Source: Epiperipatus broadwayi (lineage: Eukaryota; Animalia; Onychophora). Taken from it: a stretch of DNA of 64,000 bases. Below, one piece after another: positions 1 through 12,081 of this stretch (its first letter is position 1; each line of letters begins with the position of its first letter). The notes under the pieces were generated by a model. The model worked only from the letters and a program-made list of their open reading frames with translations. It was not told the DNA's origin and did not search any database. Made by a program: the position numbers and the translations under genes. The stretch is taken from assembly GCA_028023455.1 (NCBI GenBank), contig JAQFVV010000001.1:19902001-19966000 (forward strand). Direction: 5' to 3'.

Positions 1-256
1 AATTTCATTATGCACATGAGCAAAGATTTGCAAATTTGAACAGAGTGAATTGTAAAGTCATTGCAAAACTCATTTCTTAAATAGTAGTTTTTTTCTCTCT
101 ACCCTTTCATTCTCTTTTCGTTCTTTCTTTTGTCCTTTCTTTTTTGCTTTGAAGATGGAATGACCTATCCTCATTTATAAGTTGTTTATTAATTTAACTA
201 CTACTATTTTTCTTCTTTTTCTGAGTCAATGTAATATCTGGTAATTAATGAATATA

Positions 257-269
257 ATCACAGAAAATG

Positions 270-305
<36 letters not shown>

Positions 306-313
306 CATTTTCT

Positions 314-318
<5 letters not shown>
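257..318. repeat. Perfect palindrome centred on a (TA)17 microsatellite, followed by a second (TA)n run to ~348
   Basis: ATCACAGAAAATGT-(TA)17-ACATTTTCTGTGAT is self-complementary over 62 bp. Confidence 0.9.
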
Positions 319-350
<32 letters not shown>

Positions 351-400
351 CTACATTACAGACTAGCATGTTTTCAATATATTCAATATATCATTTGATA

Positions 401-506
401 TTTTTTTAATATTTAACTTTATTAGTGCCTAACATGCTTTCAATATATTCAATAGTGAATATATTGAAAGCATGCTAGCAGTAATAAAGCTAAATATTAA
501 AAAAAA
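401..506. repeat. Foldback inverted repeat (~50-bp arms, 4-nt loop)
   Basis: CATGCTTTCAATATATTCA (433-451) / TGAATATATTGAAAGCATG (456-474) pair perfectly around ATAG; imperfect pairing extends to 401/506. Confidence 0.85.
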
Positions 507-542
507 CTACCTTTTCTGTGAGTTTATTCATAAATTATCAGA

Positions 543-630
<88 letters not shown>
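543..630. repeat. (ATT)n microsatellite
   Basis: About 29 uninterrupted ATT units; this explains the poly-Ile ORF 472..738. Confidence 0.98.
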
Positions 631-1466
631 GATATTAACATTTTGGAATTAACTAGACATACAAAAAAAGATCTTAGGTTTCTAGAATATACCTCTACTA
701 ATCTACAGTCAAATCTATATAACTACAATCATGTCTGACTTGAATTCAAAATCTTAGATTTTATGATATTGAAACAGTCAGCTTGTTCAATCCAATTGTT
801 TCACCTACTATATTCTATAGTAGTATTCTTTCATATATAAACACCACCAAATCCTCGTATATCTTAATAACAATACTATAAAAACCTGCCTAAATTTAGA
901 TTTAAATAAGTATAATCAAGCATATGTGTATATATATTTACATATGTAAAGAAATATTCATTTATATAGACAGAAATCTCTAAAATACACACATATATAA
1001 TGTTAATAATTATTAAAGGAAAAGCGAGTTGTATGTGTAACTTTAGACTACATATATGCTAGAAGATTAATGTTAATAGGATTTAAAAACATTAAGATTT
1101 CTTTATTTTGAAATATTTATTAAGTTATTTATATTTAAAATTTCATAATTCTGCATATATCAGTAAATTAAAACGGTCAAGTTACACATATATAACAAAA
1201 TGTTTTTCACAAATCTTAGATTTGTTTTTCTAGCCAAAGTGACGCCAGAAGAGTTAATCTTTCCAGATACAAGATTGACCAAATTTATATTTAGAATTAA
1301 ATTTGAACTTAAAATAAAAGATTGAATAAATTACTGCGTGTTACTCAGTTTTTTTTTGACCTAATTAAAAGTTGACACACCAGGCTTCCGCGATTCCTGA
1401 TAATCAGCCAGTAAGCTAAGAAAACAGATCTAAGAAAATAATATAATGAAGGAGATCGGGGGGGGG

Positions 1467-4026
1467 TGCATTGCTATATAAGCAATAGCAGCAATCTTTA
1501 AGGCATTCATTCGGACACTCACATTCAATTTGTAATATTAATAAAGTATTGAAGAAAGTTAATAATTAGCATGTGATGAAAAGCTACCTGAGATGAAAAA
1601 ACATGAACTAACTACCGTAATGACTTAAAGAGGTCCCACTATGCAGAAAGAACTTGGCAGCAGAAAGAAAATAGAAGAAGAATGGTATATACTCCTTCAA
1701 TCCTAAAGCTTTCCACTAAACTAAACTCAAAAATGCTAGCTTAAATCTTAATCTAATGGCCATAATAATAATGTAAACTAAACTCATGTAAATTTTATTT
1801 TGTTTTATTCCAATCCTGAAATCTTGCCTAAAATGTAAATGATTTAATAACTTTATTTTAAACCCTAAAGATCTTGCCTGATTTATAAACTTATTTATTC
1901 TTATGATTCATTAAATAATTCATTGACCGACTGATTTATAAGTTATTATTCCAAAATCTGAGTTATTTATATTGAGAAAACATTTCATTTATTAACTTGA
2001 TTTTATGATACTATGTATTGGTTTACTTGTAGAAATTAATGATTGATTTAGTTCCGTATTAGTCTTATTCTAAGTAATTAAATGCTATTCAATTTTAACT
2101 TGCTAAAATCTAGAATTTAAATGTTTTATATAAATTTAGTTACGTATAATACTTAATGATCTGTTTTAAAATAATTATTAAAATTGTTAAGTTAATGATA
2201 ATCTTTGCCGTCATTAATCTTATAAACTTAGAATTATTGAAACTGAGTCAATCATATTTCAGCGAATGTCGCATAACCTTAATTTTAAACTAAGCAAATT
2301 TCAGATTTCACTTGGGTGAAATGTTGTCGGACTTTAAATATTGCATTTCTTAATTAAATCTATGCCAAATCTTATTATTTTAATTATATTATATTTATGC
2401 TATAAATATTCAAAACCGAGCTTTATTCGTAATTAAACCATTAGCGAGAATTAAATAAACATTCTCACGCATATATGTCATTTCGCGTATATATGTAATA
2501 CGTGTAATACAGCACAAACTAAAAAGCTCTTTTGGAACGGATAAAATATCTTGAATTAGATATAATTACAAGCGTACCATTATTCGAAAATAGATTTGCT
2601 TTTAAATATAATATTTAACCAATATTCAGTTGAAGTGATAAAATGCAGCATAAATCTATAATTCTGTATTTTAATTTCCCCATATGCTGTAATCCTCCTT
2701 AAGTAAATAAAAGCCTATATAGATAGCTTTGTAAATTGGATTCGTAAACTTTCCTAAATAGTATAATTATACATACTGTAATATGAACTGATATAGGGTA
2801 GTTTCATGAAAGAAACTCTTAATTAGCTTCTTAATTTTATGATTTGATAATGTGGTCAGCGGTGCATATGTGTCCTTAAGAAACGCTACAGCATAACTCA
2901 CTTGTTGCTGTACTTCTTTACTGGGTGTACGTGTTAGGGCTACTCCAGTACATTTAGTTCAGGCAATTTCCTTCTTCAGATGGTGACTGGTACACACCAG
3001 GCCAACCCATTCTGTGTCTTTTATAATGGAGCATGAGACTCACCCAGTGCGTAAGACTCCCACATAATAAATTGCTTGATCCTCCAGACTAAAAAGGCCT
3101 TCTATTTCACAGCAATGAGTTCGGTTGAAGGAAACCATTACTTGATAAAAATCCCATGAATAAGGCACATATGAGATGCAAAAAAGACTCAGAATTGTAT
3201 GTTTCTATACGCATTAGTATCTGAAGTCTAGCTCCCAATAATCAATTCATCCCACCATTATAATTATTATTTCAGCTTTGAGCTGAATTAGAATCCAGTT
3301 TAAAATGTATATTAGCTATGTAGAGAATATATTAATTACTTGTGCTAGATAAAATATGTTCCTTATTAAAATTTATAGTCACTTCCACTAACTTAAAGCA
3401 AATCTAGATCCTATTATAGCATAAACTAGGCATAGATGAACATGAGCAAATTCATATGGTTATAAAATTAGTATTAACGCTCATAAAAGTACAAAATCTA
3501 ATTGTATTTTAATTTCATCACCTGCGAGTGATAGAATCACCTATATATATATATAGTGAAATAAATTAAGTGTAACCTAAAACTACAGTCACCTGCGAGT
3601 GATTTGACGCTATATATATATATATACCGGAAATGTATAAAACCTTAAAACTCTAATAATTGTAACTAGAAATTTATAATCACCTGCAAGTGATTTGATT
3701 TATATATGTAAACTAAGTCATGTAAACTCAGCTATGTAAAATTACTTCTAAAACCCATCACTTGCATGTGAATCCCAATTAATGTAAACATCCCTTAATC
3801 ACCTGCGTGTGAGATCAGACACATAGCCATTGCAATATTGTTTTAAATTATTGTTTTCATATGTTAAATTCATTAAATTAATTTTAAATTTACTCTTGCT
3901 TCATGTCTTTGTCTTGCTCACCGACTAATAATTATTTAGTATTTAATAATCATTTTATTATTAGTTATCAAAATCTCTTCAATGGTTAATAGTCGTATAT
4001 AAGCCACATGATACCTATATAGCAAT
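1467..4026 (+). mobile_element. Probable long LTR or LTR-like repeat (unclassified), preceded by a polypurine-tract-like run
   Basis: AAGGAGATCGGGGGGGGG (1449-1466) lies immediately before TG. ATTGCTATATA (1470-1480) is inverted at 4016-4026. The segment retains CpG and has TGTAAA-rich blocks. There is no second copy or coding region in the window, so the boundaries are tentative. Confidence 0.35.
3517..3813. repeat. Array of five TCAC-N6-GTGA palindromic motifs
   Basis: Copies at 3517, 3588, 3679, 3757 and 3798, consensus ATCAC-YTGCRW-GTGA, separated by non-identical spacers. Confidence 0.85.
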
Positions 4027-4480
4027 ATTAAATAGAATGCCAATTGTTCCCAGTCTTTTGTTCTACTGATGTGCTACTGCTGGCATGTGAAGAAGGAAAA
4101 TACTGCTGTGACTCAACTGTGTCATCTGCAAAGTAGTATGTCTATGAGCAATGGTAGAAGAACTAGGGTTGGGCCAGAGTCATGGCTTCCACCACTGTAA
4201 AACTGGTCAGCCTTAGGATGATCTATCAGAGTTCTAGACTTTGTTTCGTGAATGTACATATTTGACCATTACAATATTATTAGTAAAAACGTAGTCATAT
4301 ATCTATACCTATATTGGTTCTATCTTTGAATTCCTACTTCTCACTAACAAGGCAAAACATTTTAAACCCAGTCTGGAAGTGGGGATTAAATTGTACTACA
4401 ACTGAAAGCTATTAATTACTTAAGCCTACAGTAGATGATGCAAGAATAGAAGAATTGTTAGTTCATAATATATATATATA

Positions 4481-4693
4481 TTGCTTACAATAACTCCCTT
4501 CATATACACTTTATTGCAAAAAATTTTATAATATAATTCCTTTATTTTCCTGACAGTTATTTTAAAAGCTAGAAGAGAATAAGGACACTCTCATGAAGAC
4601 TGCAGGACAGTCAAACCTGTCAGGAAAATAAAGGGAATTATATTATATATTTTTTTGCATTAAAGAGTATATGAGGGGGGTTATTGTAAGCAA
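4481..4693. mobile_element. MITE-like element with ~76-bp terminal inverted repeats in a TA context
   Basis: 4481-4556 (TTGCTTACAATAAC...TTTTCCTGACAG) is the imperfect reverse complement of 4617-4693. Spacer ~60 bp; TA runs on both sides. Confidence 0.75.
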
Positions 4694-5795
4694 TATATAT
4701 GAATATATGAAGAAATGCAAAGAAAGTAAAAGAGAAGAATAAGAATATAGTTCATAATACTATAGTAAGCAGAAAGTATAAAGTGATATGTTGGTATTTC
4801 ATTAAGATTCATGATTCAATACTTAGACAAGAAAAATAAATAATTATTGTTTAAAATTTATGTAAAAAATGTTTAAAATAGTCTAACATATAATATAGAT
4901 ACTAAACTGATAACAGAATCCACATGTGGTGGCTAATGGCATGATCTTGGATCCTGAGATTCTACTATCGATAACTAATAAACTGAGTCTGATCAAAAGA
5001 ACTTTATGTTGCTTTGTAGGATTAAATGTTAATTTATTAAAATATAGGTGCTGTTTAAAATAATGTTATTTTCTATATCATAGTTGTTTTCTATCCTCTA
5101 TCACTTTAGATTAAGCCTAATTATCATGAGACTCTTATACTTCAGTCATCACATTATACAAGAAACTGTATACTTATGCAAATGCATTCCTATCATTTAA
5201 CTATATATGCAATAATTCTGACTCCAAGCACCTTTTGCATTTCAAAAAATAAGCATTTGAACATTATTCTGGAAACCTTAATTGTGATCTTTGCTCAAGA
5301 TAATAAAAGAACCAATAAGACACAGGGGAAGTTAATTTGAGACAGGATATTCACCTAAGTAATAATTACATGTTTAGATAGCATTGTTTAGCATCCCCCT
5401 ACTACTATGAAGATTGAAGAGATCTAAAAAACATGACTAAAAATAGATTATATCATACAGTTTGGCTAGTTATTGTCTCTGGATGATTATTCATTTAAGT
5501 GATAAAAGTAATTGTATTATCAGGCAAAGGTAAAACAAGGAATAATGGTAATGTAAAAGTAAGTATTGAAAATCATACTTTTTCTCAATGAAAGTATAAG
5601 ACATGAGAAAAATTTATTCAATGCACATATTTATAAAAAGGAATGGAAGATAGTATTTATAAATAATGAAACTTTAAGTGTGAGTTGATACAAATATTAA
5701 ATTTTGGCAAAAGTTGTTTGAAATAATGGTACTAATTTCAATAGCATGTAAATAACTTACTACTGCCTTGAATATGTAATGTTTTAAGATTAAAA

Positions 5796-6067
5796 TCACA
5801 TCACTGAACATTCTCATTCCATATACATTACTAAGAATTATTTTTGGGGGGCAGTTCATAAAGATACATTTTAGTACATTTGCAAATAATTTTACTTTTC
5901 ATTTATTAATGCCCATTCATTCAGCTCCTTTTATTTGACTGAATGAATGAGCATTGATAAATGAAAAATAAAATTATTTGCAAGTTTATTAAAATGTCTT
6001 GTTATGAGACAGCCTTCAAAAATAATTCTTAATAATGTATATGGAATGAGAATGTTTAGTGATGTGA
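5796..6067. repeat. 272-bp foldback (~129-bp arms, 14-nt loop)
   Basis: TCACATCACTGAACATTCTCATTCCATATACATT pairs with AATGTATATGGAATGAGAATGTTTAGTGATGTGA; complementarity continues in to the loop at 5925-5938. Confidence 0.85.
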
Positions 6068-6384
6068 AATAAAGATATTAATGTTATAAACTCAAATGAT
6101 ATGTTGTTATACAATTCTTACACAATGCATGAACTGACTATTATAACTTTGTTCAGTAAAAAAAATGTTATAAGATGTAGTCTATTAGATGTAAAGGCAT
6201 CTAATAGACTATAGTATATTTAGTAGTCATATTACAAAATCAATTCATAGTATATGACAGTGATGAAGCATGACTTTTTAGGAATGGAAGCGCACTACAT
6301 AATCTTATTTTTTAATAATGTTTTTATTTTACTTGCTGCAACAATTTTTATGTAATAGCTAATATATACATATTACATATATCT

Positions 6385-7160
6385 AGAAAAATCTGGAACT
6401 CTCTTATCCGTAAATCAGATTGTGACTAGTTTAAATATAGAGAATACATTATCAAGATATTTTTATTTTCTAAATATTTTTAACATTCTTAAGTTTTAAT
6501 TATTAGTTACATTTTAACATTGTTTGAACATCTTATAATCAATGAGTAATGCAAATAATTCAATGGCCAACATCAAACTCATTATTTGCCTTATATAAAA
6601 ACAGTTCAACTATTGGTAAAAAAATTGTAAGTAAACAGAAATTCCCTATGAAAAAATAATGAATTTGAATTTTTTTTCTCATATGTCATAGAATCAGCCG
6701 AGAAGCGAACCCACTAACCCGGGACATCTGCTTGTAAAGCAGTCATCGCTGACCTCTCAACCACCACGCTTGACAAATAATGAATTTGAATTATTTTTAT
6801 ACTATTATACATACTTGATAAGTTGTGAATTTGAATTGTCCATTCTTCTTTTTTTATGTCTGGCAAAATAGTTTGAAGAAAAATATGGAACTCTCTTATC
6901 TGTTAATCAAACCATAGCTAGTTTAAGTATAGATAATACATTAAGATATTTTTATCTCCCAAATGCTTTTAAGTTTTAATTTTAAAATACATTTTAGTAT
7001 TGTTTGACCTTCTTATAATCAACAAACTCATTATTTGCCTTATATAAAAACAATTCAACTATTGGTAAAAAAAAATTTGAAGTCAACACAAATTCCATAC
7101 AAAAAATAATGAGTTTGATTAATTCATTCTTCTTTTTTTATGTTTAGCAAAATAGTTTAG
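6385..7160. repeat. Diverged tandem duplication; the first copy is interrupted by a SINE
   Basis: GGAACTCTCTTATC and AAACTCATTATTTGCCTTATATAAAAAC occur in both copies (starts ~6385 and ~6877). Confidence 0.85.
6672..6774 (-). mobile_element. Short tRNA-derived SINE, copy 1
   Basis: The minus strand has an A-box-like TGGTGGTTGAGAGG, an anticodon-arm-like CTGC-TTTACAA-GCAG, a B-box-like GGTTCG and a short A tail. 18-bp TSD AAATAATGAATTTGAATT (6654-6671 / 6775-6792). Homologous to 45845-45947. Confidence 0.85.
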
Positions 7161-7407
7161 GTTTTTTTTTACATTTGATAAAACAGTTTATATACATTAA
7201 TGTACTTATTGTTCATACTACTCAATTGTATGTGCAACTTGTTGGATCAATTTTGTGAGGTTGAATATGTATATATTAAAAAATATTATTAGACCAATCA
7301 TATTTTTTAAAAAAACTTATTTTTTATTCATTACAAACATCTATAAGAAATAACAATTTAATTCCCAAGATATATCTTTAAAAATATACATGTGAAACTG
7401 TAGACTA

Positions 7408-8400
7408 ATAATAATCATCACTCTTCAAAGTACTCCATCTGTATATCGATACCTGATTTAAATGGTTTTCCCAATTCTAGAAAAAACCTGAAAATCATTT
7501 ATGGGTACCTGTCTCATATTTTGTTAGATAATAGTTACATTAGAAAATATTCATTCCTTTTGCACAACTTTTGATTTTGATAATATCTAGAAATCACAGA
7601 ACTAATTCATGATTAGGCAAAATAATCTAACTAGGTAGTCACCTTTAAGAAAGAAAATCTCTCATTATGAATATCTTGTATTTAGATATATTATCATAAT
7701 AAATAACCAGCACTCAGGTCATAATTCATGTATTTTTTCTTTAAACAAAATCTTCTAATCTTTTCATCACCTCTAGAAGGTATGTCTAATTCATTATTTA
7801 CCTTGGTTCAATATTTTTTTCTATACTATTCCTTTGTGGTTGAAGACATATATTGATATAGTTTTAAATTGTGAATATAACATTTAAACTGGCGTAAAGC
7901 ACCCTGACATTTTTGGTTCTGGGTCATATTAAAAGCATTTAGTTTCATCACCTATAATTACTTTCCAAAAATCCTACATTTGAAAAAAGAACAATTTCAA
8001 CCATCAAACTAACATTGTTTCTGTTCATCTATCAAGAACAGAGGCATAAACCCTTCATAAAAATCTTACTCACACACTTCAATCTTTTACTTAGAATTAG
8101 TGTAATTATTTTTGAATCTGCAATTTTTCATCTATTAATTTCATGCTTATGCTTAATTCATCTATCAGATTACATTGCATGTAACATTCTGTTAAGATTA
8201 ATATTAATCATAGTTTTTTTCAATTGTCTGTTTCCAAGGTCGTCTATCACATCTTCTTATCCATCTCTGAATTGCTTATGACAATCAGACAATAGCCTTT
8301 TCATAGCAACTACATCATGTACCATTTCCAACAGTTGTAATATTTCAATAGAATAAATGATGCTAATATGGAGCACAAAATTTTGATTGTTCAGTTTTAT
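7408..8400 (-). pseudogene. Decayed mariner transposase remnant
   Basis: Hand translation of the minus strand gives GDETKCF*YDPEP (mariner GDETW.F.YDPE motif, ~7910-7952), an upstream F.DG.EDV.DD-like stretch and a terminal EYFEE* (~7415-7435). Many stops and frameshifts; TIRs not found. Confidence 0.55.
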
Positions 8401-8702
8401 ACCAAAAGTGCATATGCCATCTTAAATTAATTTCCCAATACATATCTAATAACTGGCTCTTGAAATTTTAAATTTATGCATGTATTTGTTCACACACAAA
8501 TACTCGAGTGATTTTAAAATAATTCTATCATCAGCAACACTATGTGATCATTTCATGAATTAAATAGTTAAATCCTGTACTCACTGTGCTACATTTCAAC
8601 AGCTATTAACATGAAATTTGGTAATTTTGACATTCAAGATATGGGGTTTACACAAAGAATCTATTATGGATATAAGAAAATTGATTTTTGTAGATTCATT
8701 AA

Positions 8703-9321
8703 ATAGCGATTATTTATATTTTCAACATATATGTGTTCAAGTGTATCAGTGATATAAGATAGAGTGATGAATGGTGGGTCATGTGAAAGTCTGGGCTCAT
8801 ATACCCTATATATTACATATATTGATACCGATATATAATAAGCCTATATTTCAGTTATTACATAGTGGAGATGTCTGTCCATCCCTTGTATATGTATTAA
8901 ATGGATTATGTCCTGCACATGAAAGATCAGGTTGACTTTAGGTCAACATGGGTATGATAAGAATATTGGCCTAAAGGTGACCTTTGAGCATTCCATCATC
9001 AGATTTTCAATTGGATGGATGGTTGGGGAGTTAGAGTGTGGAGTGAATTCAAGCCTGTTCATTAAAGTATGAGAATTGGATATCTTAATAAATATCTGAG
9101 CACTTATTGCATATATGTGTAGAGATGATAATATGGACCAACTGATGATTGAAATATGTATATTGGTGATTATTTATAGTTTTCAACATATATGTGTTCA
9201 AGTGTATCAGTGATATAAGATAGAGTGGTGAGTAGTGGGTCGTGTGAAAGTCTGTGCTCATATAGCCTATATATTACATATATTGATACAGGTATATAAT
9301 AAGCCTGTATTTCAGTTATTA
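8703..9321 (+). repeat. Tandem array, ~1.35 copies of a 460-bp unit, hammerhead family A
   Basis: 8708-8860 is repeated at 9168-9321. The unit is homologous to the units at 53.2-54.4 kb (shared TTTGAGCATT, CATTAAAGT, AGCACT.ATTG and CCAA.TGATGA...TATGTATATTGG blocks). Confidence 0.85.
9137..9167 (+). ncRNA. Minimal type-I hammerhead ribozyme motif with stem II deleted
   Basis: ACCAA-CTGATGA-TT-GAAA-TATGTA-TA-TTGGT: 5-bp stem I, both core boxes intact, AUA cleavage triplet, only 2 nt in place of stem II. Confidence 0.7.
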
Positions 9322-9479
9322 AAAAGAATTATCATAAGTTCTCTAGCTGACTTCATTAAAAAGAGCCTATACTTTTTCCCTGGCAGACTAATAAATGGAT
9401 TATCAATTGTCATAAGCATATGATGAAGTAAGGACAGAAGTGCTCATCTAAGAAGAATGTTTTAAAATAAATTTATGAA

Positions 9480-10750
9480 TTAACATTATAAGGAAGCTAC
9501 AGACACGAAAATACAGACATCTGCCAATCACATTTAACATTTTTGATGCATAAAAATAGCATATGAACTGGAAAAATGATTTCATAATCCTATTTCATTT
9601 ACTGATACAATTTTCTTGTGAGATGAAAACGATATTTTCAAGAAGAGAAAAAAATATCTTACTCATTTTTTGAGGAATGTTACAAGAATTGAGAGAAACT
9701 TTAATGATATATACATTCTATCTATTTATTTAAATTCAAACAATATCCAATTTAGCAAAATTAAAATCCACTGTGGTAAATATACTATCAAAGATTCTAT
9801 TGAATAGTTTGTCACCAATTGTAAATGTTCATCATAGACTTAATAAGGATTTAGAAATCAAGAAGCACTATAGACATGGTTTTTGTTAATCGGAAATTTT
9901 AAAAAAAAAATAGAAACAAAGTAATGATTTTGTATGTTACTTTTATTGATTTAATCAAACATTTTATTCAATTTTTGTAATAGGTTTATGGGAATGTTGG
10001 AAATTAGTTGGTTTTCCACCAAAGTGTATTTATATAATACAGTTTCTGCATGAAAGAATGAAAGCATGTTATTATTACAAGTTGAAAGTCTGAGGCATTT
10101 GAAATGAGTATTATTCCAATATCATTTGCAATTTTGATGACAATGATTGTTGGAATTGTTTATAAGTGACCTAAAGATATGACATAGGTTTGATGATATT
10201 TTTTTTTTATTTTGAATCTTATAAAAGAAAAAATAAGAATTTCTTGACTTGTATATTTATAGTATATTAATGCCTGTTCTATTCTTGCCAATTCAAAGAT
10301 TATCTAAAGACTATAATTAATGTTTCAAATGTAATAAATAAAGACTTTGGATTAGTTAACTTAAATGCTGATCAACTTAAAAAATACCAGTCAACTTAAA
10401 TATCATGATTTAAAATACTCTCCAATATGGTGTTCCTAATTTTAACAAATTACAGAATATTTCATGGCAGTGTTATAATTACTGCAATTACTCAGATATG
10501 TGAACCGTTGGTATTTTATTTACTTTATTAAAAAGAGAGTGAAATTTTGATCTCTAATTGATGTAACATAATAGAATAATTTCATTTGAAGACAATAAAA
10601 TTTTAACAATATGATGACAATATCTAAGACCAAAGACCAATCAATAAAATCTTAAACCTGTGGATGAGGTATTTTAAAGTTCACTATTGTAAAGTCAAAG
10701 ATTTCTTTGTTGAAGAAATGAAATAAATAAACAATATAAGATTTCCTAAA
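9480..10750 (+). pseudogene. Old, heavily decayed RTE-type LINE reverse transcriptase fragment
   Basis: Hand translation across frameshifts gives ILSKILLNSL, GFRNQ..TIDMVFV, LYVTFIDLIK and LWECWKLVGFPPKCIYIIQFLHERMKA (~9780-10070), in the order of non-LTR RT motifs. Boundaries approximate. Confidence 0.6.
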
Positions 10751-12081
10751 AATTGTTTTATGATTATATTGAGTATGTCATTAGTGGAAAAGGAGATCCT
10801 GTTTATGTTATAAAGAAAATACAATATTCATTGAATTTATTGCCCAGATATGATTGAAAATAAAATACAATAGAGAACTATAATAAAATCAGGTAATGTT
10901 TGCTGTAGAAAAAATTAGAGACAGCATCATTAAAAAAAGTAATAGAATAATGGATAAGAATATTTTATATATGAATGCATTTATGATCTCAAATTAGTTT
11001 CTATAGTTATAGCAAAATTTCTCAAATTTTGTTTTTCTATTTTGTCTTATATTTGGAATGATCATATTTATTTGCGAACGGCTGTTGACAATGATAATGA
11101 GATAATAAATCTCTCTATATAACCTACTGCTTCCCTTCACCCCCCCCCCCAAAAAAAAACAGTGAAAAAGCAAATACAATTTACTAGTTTTTCCCAATTA
11201 CCAGTTGATGAGACTTCCAGGCGTTTCTATTATTGTATTTTTGACTAAGAATTGGCTGATATTCTCTGTTTATCTAATAAATTAGATGCTTAGATAGATT
11301 CATTCTAGACTATCTATCTACAAAAAAAAAAATCCAAGCACATAGGAAAAAAGTTCAAATTTTTTACACATTAGTAAACCCCAAATCACACACACAGACG
11401 GCATATGCACTAGCCAATCTAACTTATAAAACTTTATAATCATGTATAATATATAGGTTCTAGCAATGAAAAAAAAAAGTAAACAATTAATTAAAACAAT
11501 TGAAAGATTTCATTTTTCATAATAAATAAGTAAATACAATAGTTGAACTGAAGATTTATTATATCACATAGTTTATAATAAATATAAAGTAATAACCTTT
11601 AATATAACAACCATTGAAAGCTTTTAAATCAGCACCTCTCAGAAAATATTGTGGAAATGCAAGCACAATTTATTAGTTAAATAACAGGATTTGTAAAACT
11701 TTTTATGAGTTTGCACTTTTGGATTGTTTAAAATGGGTGGTAATTAATTGCCTATGAACTGCCTAATCTAAAAAAAATCAAACTTTATTTTAACTCAAAC
11801 CCCATTTAGCTTCGACAAATTAAACAGGTACATGAACTCTAATTCCACAATAAATTTGTAACCCTAATTCATCCTATAATTGTCCTGGAATAATAAATTC
11901 TTTATAAATTTTGCAATAAAATTAATATTTATGTATGTAGAACCAAAGCACGTACAGATTAATAAAACATATCACTATATTGAGATTTAAAAATGGTGAA
12001 ATTATAAAAATACAAATCAGAAATGTTAAAATCACTTTGCAGTTATAATTAAAATTAGAATTATTAAACAGCAATATATAT

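Noticed and set aside
472-738. 88-aa ORF with a poly-Ile tract
   Set aside because: It is read through the (ATT)n microsatellite.
3517-3813. CRISPR-like repeat-spacer array
   Set aside because: The repeats are only ~16 bp and degenerate, the spacer lengths are irregular, there are no cas genes and the context is eukaryotic.
6672-6774. Functional tRNA gene
   Set aside because: The acceptor and T stems pair poorly, and both copies have TSDs and A tails, so SINE is the better call.
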